Shown one piece after another: positions 25,422-38,095 of a DNA stretch of 64,000 nucleotides. The stretch covers positions 30,644,815 to 30,708,814 of the forward strand of contig NC_057720.1 of assembly GCF_004010195.1 (NCBI RefSeq). The letters are read 5' to 3'. A program made the position numbers and the translations under genes. A model generated the notes under the pieces. That model had not been told where the DNA came from, made no database searches, and saw only the letters and a list, made by a program, of their open reading frames with translations. Each line of letters starts with the position of its first letter. Position 1 is the first letter of the stretch. This stretch comes from Chiloscyllium plagiosum (lineage: Eukaryota).

Positions 25422-26955
25422 CTTAAAAACAAAAACAGAGACATTTAAAATACACCTTCGAAGAAAACTATTCTGTTAATTTAATTTTGTATGATAGCTC
25501 ACTCGAGTGTTAATTAAAATATCCTATCCAAACATTAAAGCTTTCTTTTATTAAAAAAAAGTAAGGATTTAAAAACATTAGTAAAATTTGTCTTCCATTC
25601 TGAATAGTGAAAAGTTAACATCTATAGCAGGTCATTGAATTTGAAGTGGATTTGATTATTTCTATAATTGTTAATCATTTTTTAGATCTGCATGCTATTG
25701 GCAAGACTAGAATTTATTGCTTTTGCCTAGTTTTGAGATGGTGAACCTTTTTAAAACACTGTAGGCTGTATAGTGATGGCCTTTTCATGTAGAGTGTGCA
25801 CAATTTTCACCTTGCTCTGAGGCTCTAACAAATATTAAACCTTTGAATATCTAGCATTGGTAAGATGTAAATATAATTTGACACCTATCAGCCCAAAACT
25901 GAATGCTTAGGTTTTCCTGCATGAAGGTACGAACATCCTCCAGTACTGGAGAACAATAAGCATGAGTTCAGCCCCATTTCTGGCATTATGATGCAGGAAA
26001 TGTAAATCATGAATCAGTTAGTTGAGCCTGAAACAGGAACTGAACAGAAACAGAAAACACCTGGGCAACTGAAATGGCTGATCTCAGGCAATCACAAACA
26101 TAATTTGATTCCAGCAAGTGTAGCATTTTCTTTTTGATTGCCAATGCTTCAGTTTTAGTTAGAAAACCTGGTATCATGCTTGGCCAAATACTTCCTTGAT
26201 GTCTCTATTTATTGTGATAATTCTTGGGTTCTGCTTTTCGCTTTCTTAACCAGATATTTCTTTTCTTGCTTTAGGAAAGATGCACAGGGGTGGAAGATAT
26301 TACTGGAGACAGAAACCAGCGTTTCTGTATTTTAAGCATTACAGAAGATGCTAACAACCAGGTGAGAAAGGGCCTCAAGTTAGTGCACTTCCCTTGTCCC
26401 AGGTTATCTTCCTTGCTGCCTCACCTCCCAAACTCCATGCTTTTCATCTCACCTCTTACCCACTCCTCAGTCTGCAAAACTGGAAAAATTGAATGCACAA
26501 GCTTGTCCTTCAGAGTTGTGCATTTAATTACTTTGTTTTGGAGATTTTCACTGGATTCAGTTTTTACTTCATTTAACATTTGGGTGCAATTTGAATTTGC
26601 TTTACACATTGCTTACAGAATTAGATTGGAATTTCAGTGGTCTTCTGTACATCATCTCCACCTGCTAACAATCAAGTCCCACTAAGAATCTGCCAAAAAC
26701 ACATTTGCTTACATGCTTAATGCATACACCCCCATTACTTGTCTCTTAATATAGACTGCAAAATCAAGAGGGATTTTATTTTTATTTTCTTGCCTTGTCC
26801 TTTTAACTTGACCCTTAGTTAGCCAAAGCTTCAATGCAGCATAGTAGATAGAACAGTGCAGCACAGTACAGGCCCTTTGGCCCTCAATGTTGTGCCAACC
26901 TTAAGGAAGGAACAAACTCTTGATGACTATGTTGTATAGTTGCAAACTAACTTAC

Positions 26956-27080
26956 ATTGATCATACACTTTAGGCCTGTATTCTCCACCAAAACATTCAA
27001 ACTCCAGTGTCTCGTCATTTAGGTCAAACTCTTCCACCACTGTGTCATTGAACTTGTACCATTTTCCTTTGGCACCAGTC
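26956..27080 (-). CDS. USP24: USP24 exon: TGAKGKWYKFNDTVVEEFDLNDETLEFECFGGEYRPKVYDQ
   Basis: WYKFND motif completing the catalytic triad region; gcag acceptor, gtaagt donor; 125 nt. Confidence 0.95.
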
Positions 27081-27263
27081 CTGCAGAGTCAAAAAAGTGG
27101 ATGTAAGCACAGAACCAAACCAAATGTGGCACACATCAAGTTATTCATTAACTCTGATCAGTTACAGCCCTGAAAAATTCCAAGCACTTATATTTCCAAA
27201 TTAACACTCCATTGGGATCAAAAATATTCTGTTTCTTAAATCATTCTTAATTTTTGCACTCAC

Positions 27264-27484
27264 CTCCTGTCTTTAATGAATGAGTAATAGTGCCCAGCGT
27301 GTGCCTGGCCGCTATGAACAATCACTCCAACGAGCTCATAGTTTTCAGTTGGAGCACCTTTCTTTCGAGGAGAGCCTCCACCTAAGTGGTCACCTGCTTT
27401 GCCATTTTCACCATGCTCAGACGAATGCTCTTGTCGTGCCATTCCAGACACAGTATATGGTTCCATGTTTAAAAGCCAAGGGAA
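27264..27484 (-). CDS. USP24: USP24 exon with the His box: FPWLLNMEPYT...YELVGVIVHSGQAHAGHYYSFIKDR
   Basis: Overlaps ORF 27260..27466; catalytic His codon at 27290-27292; ctag acceptor, gtgagt donor; 221 nt. Confidence 0.96.
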
Positions 27485-27619
27485 CTAGTAAGATAAAAGA
27501 AAAGTAAATGGAGATAATTGTGAAACAGTTCCGAATTTTATATCAGAGATGTTCTGAGTTAAGAATTTAATAGCTCACTGAGTCAACACATTGTTTTATT
27601 ACAAATCAGTTTATTCAAG

Positions 27620-28465
27620 TTGATCGTGAAGGCGGCGTTTGGTATGCTTTCCGTTATTGGTCAGACTATTGAGTACAGGTGTTGGGAGGTCATGTTGCGG
27701 CTGTACAGGACATTGGTGAGGCCACTTTTGGAATATTGTGTGCAATTCTGGTCTCCTTCCTATTGGAAAGATGTTGTGAAATTTGAAAGGGCTCAGAAAA
27801 GATTCACAAGGATGTTGCCAGGGTTGGAGGATTGAGCTATAGGGAGAGGCTGAACAGGCTGGGGCTGTTTTCCCTGGAGCATCTGAGGCTATGGGGTGAC
27901 CTTATAGAAGTTTATAAAATCACGAGGGACATAGATAGGATAAATAGACAAAGTCTTTTCCCTGGGGTGGGGGAGTCCAGAACTAGAGGGCATAGGTTTA
28001 GGGTGAGAGGGGAAAGAGACCTAAGGGGCAACTTTTTCATGCCAAGGTTGGTACGTGTATGGACTGAAAATGTGTTGTTGGAAAAGCGCAGCAGGTCAGG
28101 CAGCATCCAAGGAGCAGAGGAATTGACGTTTCGGGCATGAGCCCTTCTTCGTGTTCATGCCCGAAACGTCGATTCCCCTGCTCCTTGGATGCTGCCTGAC
28201 CTGCTGCGCTTTTCCAGCAACACATTTTCAGCTCTGATCTCCAGCATCTGCAGTCCTCACTTTCTCCACGTGTATGGACTGAGCTGCTACAGCATGTAGT
28301 GGAGACTAGTACAATTGCAACATCTGGATGGGTATATGAATAGGAAGGATTTGGAGGAATATGGATTGAGTGCTGGCAGGTGGGACTAGATTGGGTTGGG
28401 ATATCTGGTCGGCATGGACGAGTTGAATCGAAGGGTCTGATTCTGTGCTGTACTCTGACTCTCTG
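27620..28465 (+). mobile_element. CR1 3' fragment, same subfamily as the 21652 and 61230 copies
   Basis: ORFs 27620..27835 and 27832..28140 with LYRTLVRPLLEYCVQFWSP; (tgactc)n tail. Confidence 0.92.
28068..28267. mobile_element. Palindromic PLE-derived short element inserted in the CR1
   Basis: 15-bp direct repeat acgtgtatggactga at 28053-28067 and 28268-28282; ~75-bp inverted arms. Confidence 0.85.
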
Positions 28466-28679
28466 ACTCAGTGAGCAATTAAATTTTTAACTCAGATCAT
28501 CTCTGAATAGGAGGTCAGAGTCACTAACTACTTTCTGAAGCTACATTCCCTTTCAGGCAATTTTGTTAAACAGTTGACCTTCATTTGTTTCTTTGATTTT
28601 GTTAGACTGAAGTTGCAGATACTATTTTCCAAATTCAGAACGACTGAGTGTGATGAAGAGAAGAACTAAGATCCAACCC

Positions 28680-28963
28680 TGACAGCTGGTGGCACTTAAA
28701 TTCAATTAATAAATCTAGAATCTGGTACCATCATCAGTTGTTGTAAGGAGCCATTTGGATCAGTTAACATCCACGAGAGAAGCAAATATGTCATCCTTAC
28801 CCAGCCTGGCCTACATTAGTCTCCTCACTGACAGCAATTTGCTTGACTCTTAAATGTTCCTCAGAAATAGTCCTAACAAGCCACTCATTTCAAGGGGCAG
28901 ATAGAGATGGGCAATGAATACGGACTCAGACAGCAATACTCAGATCAAAAATACAAAAAAAAA
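28680..28963 (+). mobile_element. Deu-domain SINE
   Basis: catccttacccagcctggcctaca ... aagccactca ... gatgggcaat blocks, A-rich tail. Confidence 0.7.
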
Positions 28964-29767
28964 AGTTGTGTGCATCAAGACAACTTTTTTTTTGAAAAGC
29001 TTTTAAGGTTTTGGGTTTTACTCTACTCTGGTTTTGTCACCATCCATCCATTATTGTACATTGCTTAATGTTATGAATCACAAGTTCCGTCCATAAATCA
29101 CACTAAGATCATGGGATCAAAAGACAACTGATGTCACTTATTCAGTGGAATGTGCCACTCCTACAATGTGATTCTCTTCAGCTTTTATAGACCATGTATA
29201 CAGTGTTAGGCAAACATTCAGCCTGCAAACCATAAGGCAGTTTATCTTAATGTAGCACAGGCATGAGACATGCACCAAAACGTTCATAAATATCTGAGGC
29301 CATTCTCAATATGCAAAGAACTGCCAAACAGATGCTTACATCATTGCATCACATCACATCATGGCTACAACTGTTTACCTCAGCGACCACAGAGAAGAAC
29401 AGATCTGAGCCATGTTTTTATCTCAGACGCTGCTCAGGATGTCTCAGGACTTTTGAATGAGATGCTATTTCAGCGCTTTGTGCCAAATGCTTTGATTAAG
29501 TCAAGTCCCTATACATCTCCAATCAGATTATAGTCAAAGCTATTCCAGCTCTGCCAAGGGATGGGAACGCAAGCCAATGAGTAATGCAAATTCCTTCCAG
29601 TTTACAGAAAACAGCCAACAACTTGAGAAAACCGCTGGTAATAGTAAGAAAAAACCTACTAATACAGCATGGCAAAAAAGACAAACTAGTTCACATTGTA
29701 ATATGATTTTGTGCATTTGGATAATAACACTTTTTGTATTAGCGATATGTAAAGGCTACACATTTAC

Positions 29768-29887
29768 CCGTATTTGTTCATCATATTTGATAGAGCGCCC
29801 ACTTTCCCAATCGAACCCAAACCTCATTAAATGGATGACTAACATATTAGGTAGAGACTTAATGCACATTCGCTTCACTGTTGTTCT
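29768..29887 (-). CDS. USP24: USP24 exon: RTTVKRMCIKSLPNMLVIHLMRFGFDWESGRSIKYDEQIR
   Basis: LPxxLxIHLxRF USP motif; ccag acceptor, gtaaat donor; 120 nt. Confidence 0.95.
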
Positions 29888-31040
29888 CTGGATATAAAAA
29901 CACAAAAGTGATTAGTGTAAGCCAATAACATTTCCATACAAAAGGAAAAATCTACAGTCTCCATTAAATATATCTACTGACAGTTATTACAGAAACATGA
30001 GCACTTGAACATAGTGAAATTTAATTTCACAATTTAATAAATCTCTCATCATGAGATAATTTTTAGCATGTAACAATAATTTATACTTGAACATGGGAAT
30101 CATTCCAATGTACCATTGAATTCTATGTTAAAAACAGACACTGGGAAAGGTGACAAAAACCTGATCCAAGTCGGGTCTCAAAAAGGAGAGCAAGAAACTC
30201 AAAAGATTCAAGCAGGACTTTCAGGGTGTGTGGTCTGAAACAGCTCGAAGATACAGCTATTAATGTTGGGGTAAAAGCAAGGAATGATGCACAAGAGGTT
30301 GTTGTTAAAAGAATACAGATTGTAGTGCTGGAGATGATAGCGAGAGGGAAGCATAAGGAGGAATTCAATAAATGTGGATAGTGGATGGTTTGTCAAAGTT
30401 ATTGAACAGTCTGATGAAAGGTCCTGTCTGAATGCTAACCACCATCTTCTAAAATGCATTCAAGATATTTCTATGCTTTTATCTCCAACATGACTCTATC
30501 AAGTGATTGCTTTCTTATTTCCCCAAGACTTACATTGGTGAAACAGTGACAACTTCCAGCTCATAGTCATATTTCATGAAGCTTCCAAAATACAGCGACC
30601 TGTATCCTATCCCTTACCAAGTCCTGCTTGTTTATCCATCCTGTTTTTCAAAAACAATATTGAGGCCTTATCCTACAAAAAGGATGAATTCACCCTCTTT
30701 CTCAAATCCTTCTCCAGCCTTGCAATATCTTTTCTCTCTAATTTTTTCCAGTTGTCGGTGGGTCTTGCATAGGTTTTGGTGGACATAATCTAAACAAATT
30801 CAATGTATAAAACCAACAGCGTGCAGACTTCAGATATGTTCTCATCATGTCCAGACTTACAATTTCAAATCTTTGTTGCTGAATTTTTCACATTAAATTC
30901 TTGCAATAGTTAGAAAACAGATTTTGGTACAAGGTCCGCTAATGCTGTCTCAGCATCAAGTATCGATCAAAGTAATTTGCTTAACTCAATACAAACTGCC
31001 ACACACTGATAAAAACCTGGATGACCTTCAGTAATTTTAC

Positions 31041-31182
31041 CTTTTCTTTACACTTCTCACAGTAGTACGCATTGCCTCCTTCAAGGACCTCGCCTCTCAC
31101 GAACTGATCCAGTGATATCTCAAGGCTTTGGCAGGACGTCACTCCTAGGTTCAGTGCCATGAATGCTTCCTCACGCTCATAT
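31041..31182 (-). CDS. USP24: USP24 exon: YEREEAFMALNL...NAYYCEKCKEK
   Basis: Within ORF 30981..31250; second CxxC; gtag acceptor, gtaaaa donor; 142 nt. Confidence 0.95.
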
Positions 31183-32844
31183 CTACAGAAAAGATTGAGT
31201 AGAGGTTCAAAGTTACAAGGAGTACATCTACTCTGGCAACCAGTTGGCATTTGTTAGCTCTGAAGTTAACAAGTTTTAGACATTTATCTTCAGAATCAAG
31301 TGCCAAATAAGATCTAAGCATGCACTTTTGGGTGTTGCTACTGAAGTTTAAATAGGCCTTGGCGATTTACAATAATTCTTTTGATGGTCACACCAGAAGA
31401 ATGATTTTTGTTATAGGTGGACAATTTCCAAGCACACTTTGTTGGAGGAAGACCAAAAGGAAATCTGTGCTTCATATGAACACTGCAATTGGGAGTCGCA
31501 AATGCTCTCAAGGCACCAGGTCAAATTTTGACATTTGAAAAGCGTTTTGGATTATGTTTTATATTGATAGAATTACACAAATTTAAACTGTGTCTTGAAT
31601 ACCTTTTAGCCTCATTAGCTGAGTGGCTTTACGCAGGTTACAGGAGTTTTGCTACCAGAGAGTTTTAGAAAACACTAAAATAGCAACCACAAAGGAATGC
31701 AGAGATTTATACTGAGGTTAGTAGCTGGCAAATTCAGGAATGTGCAGGGTGCTGGCTGGTCAAAGTCTGAAACTAATGTCTACCAGAGATTCAGCATTCC
31801 TTTGCCACTGACAAACTTATCAGAGTGACTTAGCGGAAGATCAAAAGAACTTGCATGAACATGAAATGGTCTAGAAAGAGTTTTAAAAATCACACTGGTC
31901 CAGATCATCCAATAAAGGAACAACCCTTCAACTCTCATTACTGATGGGTGTTGAAACCATGAAGAAACCCACAAGTAAGCACATGATCAATTCTTATGCT
32001 GCAAATTTAATCTTCGAATTGCTGGTTTTAACCTACCCAGAATATTCCATGATTGGCCAGACACTGATTTTTACACGGATATAGTTAAGAATTTGGCATA
32101 ACAGATCGAAAACCTGCTCAACAGTGTAATTAAGTAAAATTAGTTGTAGTGTTAAATCATGCCAGCAACGATATGGTTATAACCACCACCAAATGCATGG
32201 CAATGTTTATACAGTCTAACTCCCAACCAAAAAAAAAGTGAGGCTAACTGATGTGCCTCTTTACAAAGTGTTCACACATTCCCTTTTTCCCATTCCAAAC
32301 TCATCCTCTGGCTCTTGCCAAGCTGCTGCCAGAAGAATCTGCATTCTTGAGTGCAAAGGGGCAAGGATTTGAGGGAAGGAGATGAACACAGCTGAAGGGA
32401 TCTTAGGAAGTTTGGCACCATCAGCGAGGGGAAATTGTATAGTTTTAGAGCTGACAGGTACACTTAAAACAAAGTAATTCAGTGAATTGAAGACATAAAC
32501 TAAAGACATGCCCCTTAAGGTATGACAAATGAAAGGAGTCACAGCTATGCTGGAATCACACTCAACAATTTGTCTCATCTTGTATCCCTGCTGAACCCTG
32601 CACCCAGGTTTGAGAGGTTCTCCCAGAAAATAGTAACAGTGCAAATTAAATTGCCATTTGCACTGAACACAAAACGGAAGATCTGAGACAAAAACATTCC
32701 TCCTCCACATTCCAAAAACATTGCAAAGATTAAGCTGCAGAACTCCTTACTAAATAAAAATCTATTATCCATTAAAACATAGGGTTGGTATCCATTTCCT
32801 TGAAATACTTGTTTGTCAACCTACTTGGGGGTAAAGCTACTCAC

Positions 32845-32927
32845 CTGTGAGGACAATCTTTGCAGATTTTCTGATCAGAGAAGACGCCCTGGAAAGTGTT
32901 CTTGAAAAACTGTTCACGTCCAAGTTT
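32845..32927 (-). CDS. USP24: USP24 exon: KLGREQFFKNTFQGVFSDQKICKDCPH
   Basis: Hand translation with the first CxxC of the USP fingers; gcag acceptor, gtgagt donor; 83 nt. Confidence 0.93.
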
Positions 32928-33011
32928 CTGCCACGACACCAAAGTATTGAGAGTTGTATCATGAAAACATAAGAGGATTCTGAATGTGCCAAAGTGCTGT
33001 TATATGCCTAC

Positions 33012-33110
33012 CTTAAGGTGCTCATCCAACTGGTCTATTAGACTGGTAAAAAACTCATATGCATCTTGTTGTTCACGTACATACAGCTCCTTATTCCAGA
33101 GTTTAAAAAT
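33012..33110 (-). CDS. USP24: USP24 exon with the QQD box: IFKLWNKELYVREQQDAYEFFTSLIDQLDEHLK
   Basis: EQQDAYEF USP motif; tcag acceptor, gtaggc donor; 99 nt. Confidence 0.95.
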
Positions 33111-33639
33111 CTGAGAAGAGAATATGTAGGGATCCAAAGAATTAATACTCAACATCTGCTATAAATATTATCTGGACAACAGTTTATTTTGCAAGTCAGA
33201 CGAGCATTTATCTTACTTCTTTCAAAAGATAATGTAACTCAGTAAAGACAGAAGTCAGGCTAATGGCTTTCAGGTTCCCCTGCGTTGTTGTGCATTCAGC
33301 AAATAGATTTCTGACTGGGATTCATTCAATTTTTTTCATCCTGTGTGAGAAGTGAACTAGCAAAAACTCAATGTCAAAACAACAGGGTTTTAACTAAGAA
33401 TTTAGTGCTGACGAAAGTGGAAATGCCAGAACGTATCATGAAATGGGAAAAGGCCATTTGATTAGTTTCTTCCAATGACCTAATCTAGTATCAGCACAGT
33501 TGAAAACTATTATGGTACAGTGCAAACAAGTGCAGGGACAGATTTGAAGGCAAACACACGGACATTCACATTAACTTATTGGGAAAACTACTGGAGCTTG
33601 CTGTTGTGGTACATTAACATTTGCCTTGGGTGAAAGTGG

Positions 33640-34400
33640 TGGGGTGCAGATGAGGACCTGTTTTACAGTATTTTGGAAGAGGTGACTCACGTGGAGAATG
33701 AAACAGGGTTGTCTTGCAGGCAAAATACAAGAAATCAACAAGGTGTAAAAGGAAAAGCTAAAATGTTGGCATCAAACTCAGAGATGAATAATGTGTGGGG
33801 GAAGTAGCAATATTGGGAATGTTTCAGTTATCATGCTTGGGAAATAAGCGGAGAACACAATTAAGATTTGGTAGATGGAAAGTTTCATGCACTCAATGTC
33901 AGAGCCATATAAGTTTTTGCAGAACCTTGTCAGGATGCATCGGAATTTGATGATATTAAACTGGAGGAAATTAGGGCTCATCATTTTGTTGGATGGACAG
34001 TTGAAGTAGTAAAACCAAAACACCGAATGGCATTAGCATAGAGATAGAAATTGATCTACATTGTTCTAACTGAGAAGTAGCATAAAAATAAAGGAGGTAA
34101 CTAGGTATCAAGCCTTGGGTACAGTCAAGTTAATTTAGTGGGCACAGGAGATTATAATAGAGAGATGGTTCTCAAAAATGAAGGGGAAGGGTCAACGACA
34201 AATATGGAGCTGTAGTTACACAATAAGTTTGTTGCTGAACAGCGACATAGAGAGCATGCAAGTCCTCAGGATTAATCTTTGGAATATGCTGGTTACCTCA
34301 GCCAGGGATACATTGATTGGGGAAAACGTGAAACATGAATTGAAGCCAGTGATCCGATTCCAAATATGTACCAAATAATTAGAATGGGAAAGAGAATGAA
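33640..34400 (-). mobile_element. Very old LINE (L2-like) remnant
   Basis: Purine-rich plus strand with faint RT-like remnants; family uncertain. Confidence 0.35.
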
Positions 34401-34514
34401 CATTAAGTGGCAAAATGGATTTGGATTTGTGATCAATACTGCCTCCAAACTGCATGAGATGCACAGCTGCATAGCAATGGGAATGTTCTACAGAAGAAAC
34501 AAACAGCCTGCGCA

Positions 34515-34853
34515 TACTGTGGCTTAGTGGTTAGCACTGTTGCCTCACAGCATCAGGGACCTGGGTTCGATTCCCCCTCCCTGCAATTGTCTGTATAGAG
34601 TTTGCACGTTCTCCCAGTGTCTGCGCGGGTTTCCTCTGGGTGCTCCAGTTTCCTCCCACAATCTAAAGATGTGCAGGTTAGGTGAATTGACCATGCTAAA
34701 TTGCCCATAGTGTTCAGAGATGAGTAAGTTAGGTGCATTATTCTGGGGTAAATATACAGTAATAGGGGAATGAGTCTGGGTGAGTTACTCTTCAGAGGGT
34801 CGGTGTGACCTTGTTGGGCCGAAGGGCCTGCTTCCATACTGTAGGAATTCCAT
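34515..34853 (+). mobile_element. tRNA-derived V-SINE
   Basis: A/B boxes, V-domain and CR1-like tail. Confidence 0.88.
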
Positions 34854-35702
34854 GGTTGATTGATTAAAAAAAAACATCTTTTTAGACATATACATGCACA
34901 GCAACCTTAAAGGAAATTCAGTGCAACAAGCAAGCATTGTAAGCAAAGCTGAAGTCAAAGAGACACAGATTGTTGCATCTTCTCAAGGTTAAACAATCCA
35001 CTGACACGTACGGTAAAGTTCACACAGAAATAGTAAAAGCTGTCTGCACTCAGCCACACCTCAGAAAGCCATCGCTTAAAAAAAAAAGAGTAGAAAGGAA
35101 GGGATAAATTCATCGTTTCTTCATTCAGTTATTTAACATTTGAGATGTAGCTCAGTGCCAACAAAATTTATGGAATGATGGTAATGAACTCTATTTAGTT
35201 TGGAAGAGTTTTGTTAATCAGAAAGAAGGCTTGATGCCATTTTATCCCTGTATAATTCCCAATTTACTGCACACTGGGAGTATTAAGCTCAATTCCAAGA
35301 TATAGTCCTACAATATTCAATTATATAATACTGGTCAACATTTCTATATACTACTGAGTCAGTTTCATAATCAATATATTATTGTAATTACACTTTGAAA
35401 TAATTAGTTTGTTGCACAGCATTCATATCTTGAGAATGAGACAAAGTACTGGATGAATAAAACATTTATGTTTGGTTGCATTTTTCTTATCTGTTTTTGA
35501 TTTGGCAGGTATAAAATCCTTAGGAAGGTCACTGGACTCAAAACAATAATGCTGTTTGCTCTTTACAGATGCTGCAAGACCAGCTGAGTTTTTCTAGCAA
35601 TTTCTGGAAAACGTCTGCCTTAATTAAAATTTGCACTCAGAGCCCAGACCGTTTACACTTTATTCATTCTCTGGTGCTAAATCAATGTTTTCCCTGCTAT
35701 TT

Positions 35703-35893
35703 AGGGATTGGTCAGTTGGCTAAATGGTTACTTTGTGATGCAGGGTGATGCCAATACAATGCGTTCAATTCCTGCACTGGCTGAAGTTACCATGAAGCAC
35801 TCCCCTTCTCAACATCTCACCTCGTGACCCTCAGGTTAAACCACCACCATTTGTCTCTCTCTGAGACAGCATTTGGTATGATGACTTTACCTT
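35703..35893 (+). mobile_element. tRNA-headed SINE of a different family
   Basis: tcagttgg A-box-like and gttcaattcc B-box-like motifs; body unrelated to the V and Deu SINEs; ends gactttacctt. Confidence 0.5.
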
Positions 35894-36248
35894 GTAGTGC
35901 ACATTCATTACTACTGGTGACAGCTTATTCTGCAATTGAGTGACAAATAAGTCAAGTTACATTTGGTTTGAAATCGCCTGTTTTGTCAAATATTTCTGTT
36001 TTGTCTTCCTAGCTTGGTAACTAGCACACATGTTCAGGACCAAGTGTTGGATTCAGAACTGCGATAGAGCTGTATAGAATGTAAGGCAAAATTCTTAAAC
36101 TAATGTTCATATCAACAAGGTTAAGTTGGGATGTTATTTTTCAAACACTAAATAGTTTTCAAAACAACATCTTGTGTATTTGCTAAAAAAAATGTCCAAT
36201 TAATTAATTACTGAGTGTAAGAGTCTATATTATTTCCAAGTTTCTCAC

Positions 36249-36377
36249 CTTCCAGAAAGTCTCTGGGACATAATATTGTAATTTGCTTTCCATCAAATGC
36301 CCAAAGAGGGACTGAACCTGATAGAAAACATTCTCTTCTGGATTCTCATCATCGTCATCATCCACTGATAGCATTGC
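36249..36377 (-). CDS. USP24: USP24 exon: AMLSVDDDDDENPEEN...YYVPETFWK
   Basis: Within ORF 36225..36458; acag acceptor, gtgaga donor; 129 nt. Confidence 0.94.
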
Positions 36378-37710
36378 CTGTAAGATGGGGAGAAAAGTCA
36401 AAAGGTGAGAGAAATCTAAACTGTTTATTACTGTGCAGAATCTATTAAATGTTATCACTTTAAAGATTTGGGTTACATTTATTGTCCATCTCTAGATGCC
36501 CCATGGTCCCTGTGTGCCTTTTTTGGCTACCAACTACTTGGGAGGATATGAAAAAAAGAGGAATTATTTACAACATTTGGTTTTCAAATCTTTCCTTTTA
36601 TTATTTGGCACATGCATTGATCATCTGTACAGGGGATACATTTGTGAAGCAATAAAGGTTAAGATAAGTATGCCTTAAGTTGCTGCCTCCATGTTATCCA
36701 TTTGGAAATTTATGAACTGGCCATGGTGTAGCTTGATTAAGGTATTGAACTTTAAAGTCTGACATCAATCTGTACCAAAATAAATGATGAAGCTAATCAC
36801 AATTGCTTGAAGCTATGGATAGTATCAGAAAAGGGCTGGCCTATTGATTTTGATACCTAATGGTTGTTGGCAATAGGGCACTTGCGTCAAAACTGATTTA
36901 TTTTACTTTCTCAGTGGGTTTGGCTTTAAGTACAAATTATGTTTAGGAAAGAGTGCAAGCTTCAGATTCAAACTACGAACCCAAACATTTTTTAAAAATA
37001 CATTAGTTCTCTACTTCAAATATTTAATTACCATTTTTAATTACTTTTGCACAGCTTTCTAAAAAAGGAGTTCAAAATAACATGCAAATAAAAACAGAAC
37101 ATAATTGTTGAAATACATTCACTCATTATTTTTGTTTAGTATTTCCCTTTCACAGAATGCCAGTTAGAAAATTCAATATGTTGACAATCAAAGGCAGGAA
37201 CCACCATCCCTTTAGTGATGAATTTTCATAAAAGACTATAGATTTCAATAATTAGAAATTCTCAAAAAAGCTGCAAGGACTTGGTCATTGATAATTTCAC
37301 ATTTGCGACAGATCAGACAAGGCTGTATTGTGTGTGTTTTTTCCTGTAGAAAAGAGAGGACTAAGTCAAAGTTCCTGGAGTGCAGACATAATAGGCCTCT
37401 TTCTGCAATGTATCTAGACAGTGGGTACAACATTCCAAATTAATCTTCTAGTACATATTAAAATTTGAACTAGAACAAACCTATTCAAAAATGATTCCTA
37501 TTAAAGAATTGAGGACAATATTTGCACCTGCCATTCCTGAATCATAAACCTGTCTGCACTGTCAAGGAGGAGAAAGGGAACATTGTCAAGGAGTGGGTCT
37601 CATTTTCATCTACTAGCGGACATTCCTTGCGAAGCATCGAATTATATATCTGCCCATGTGGACTCAGTTGATGAAAACTAAGCAGAAATAGACAGTTAAA
37701 ACACCCATAC

Positions 37711-37830
37711 CTCCGGTAATCCAGGCTGCATGTAAAGTTGTTGAAATACTGCATTCATGTAGCATGTGGCTCCTCCATTCTTCAATCCCACAAATCCAGA
37801 GACAGAGCGGCTATCAACAGGTGGCAAGTA
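37711..37830 (-). CDS. USP24: USP24 exon with the USP Cys box: [40 protein letters not shown]
   Basis: [12 protein letters not shown] motif, catalytic Cys codon at 37762-37764; tttag acceptor, gtatgg donor; 120 nt. Confidence 0.96.
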
Positions 37831-37934
37831 CTAAATACAAAAGTACCAGGTATAAATAACAAAATTAACAATTTAATAAATATAAATCATAGAATTGACT
37901 AATAATTGAGAGAAATTCTGTTGCTGCTAGTTTT

Positions 37935-38095
37935 GAAGTCAGAAGTCATACGACACCAGGTTATAGTCCAAGTTGACTTCATCCGACAAAGGAGAAGCAC
38001 TCTGAAAGCTTGTGGTTTTAAATAAACCTGTTGCGCTATAACCTGGTGTCATGTGACTTTGTTCACCCAGTTCAACACCAGCATCTCCATGTCAT
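37935..38095 (+). mobile_element. Short palindromic PLE derivative
   Basis: 10-bp direct repeat tgctagtttt at 37925-37934 and 38096-38105; inverted caccaggttatag/ctataacctggtg; shares its terminus with the PLE at 38463. Confidence 0.8.

Noticed and set aside
26290..26685. 131-aa plus-strand ORF
   Set aside because: No recognisable domain or splice context; probably a chance ORF in decayed repeat sequence
32261..32710. 149-aa minus-strand ORF with a possible acceptor (ttttaag) in frame with the preceding exon, suggesting an alternative terminal exon
   Set aside because: No recognisable homology; frame agreement has a 1-in-3 chance; the canonical exon chain is complete without it
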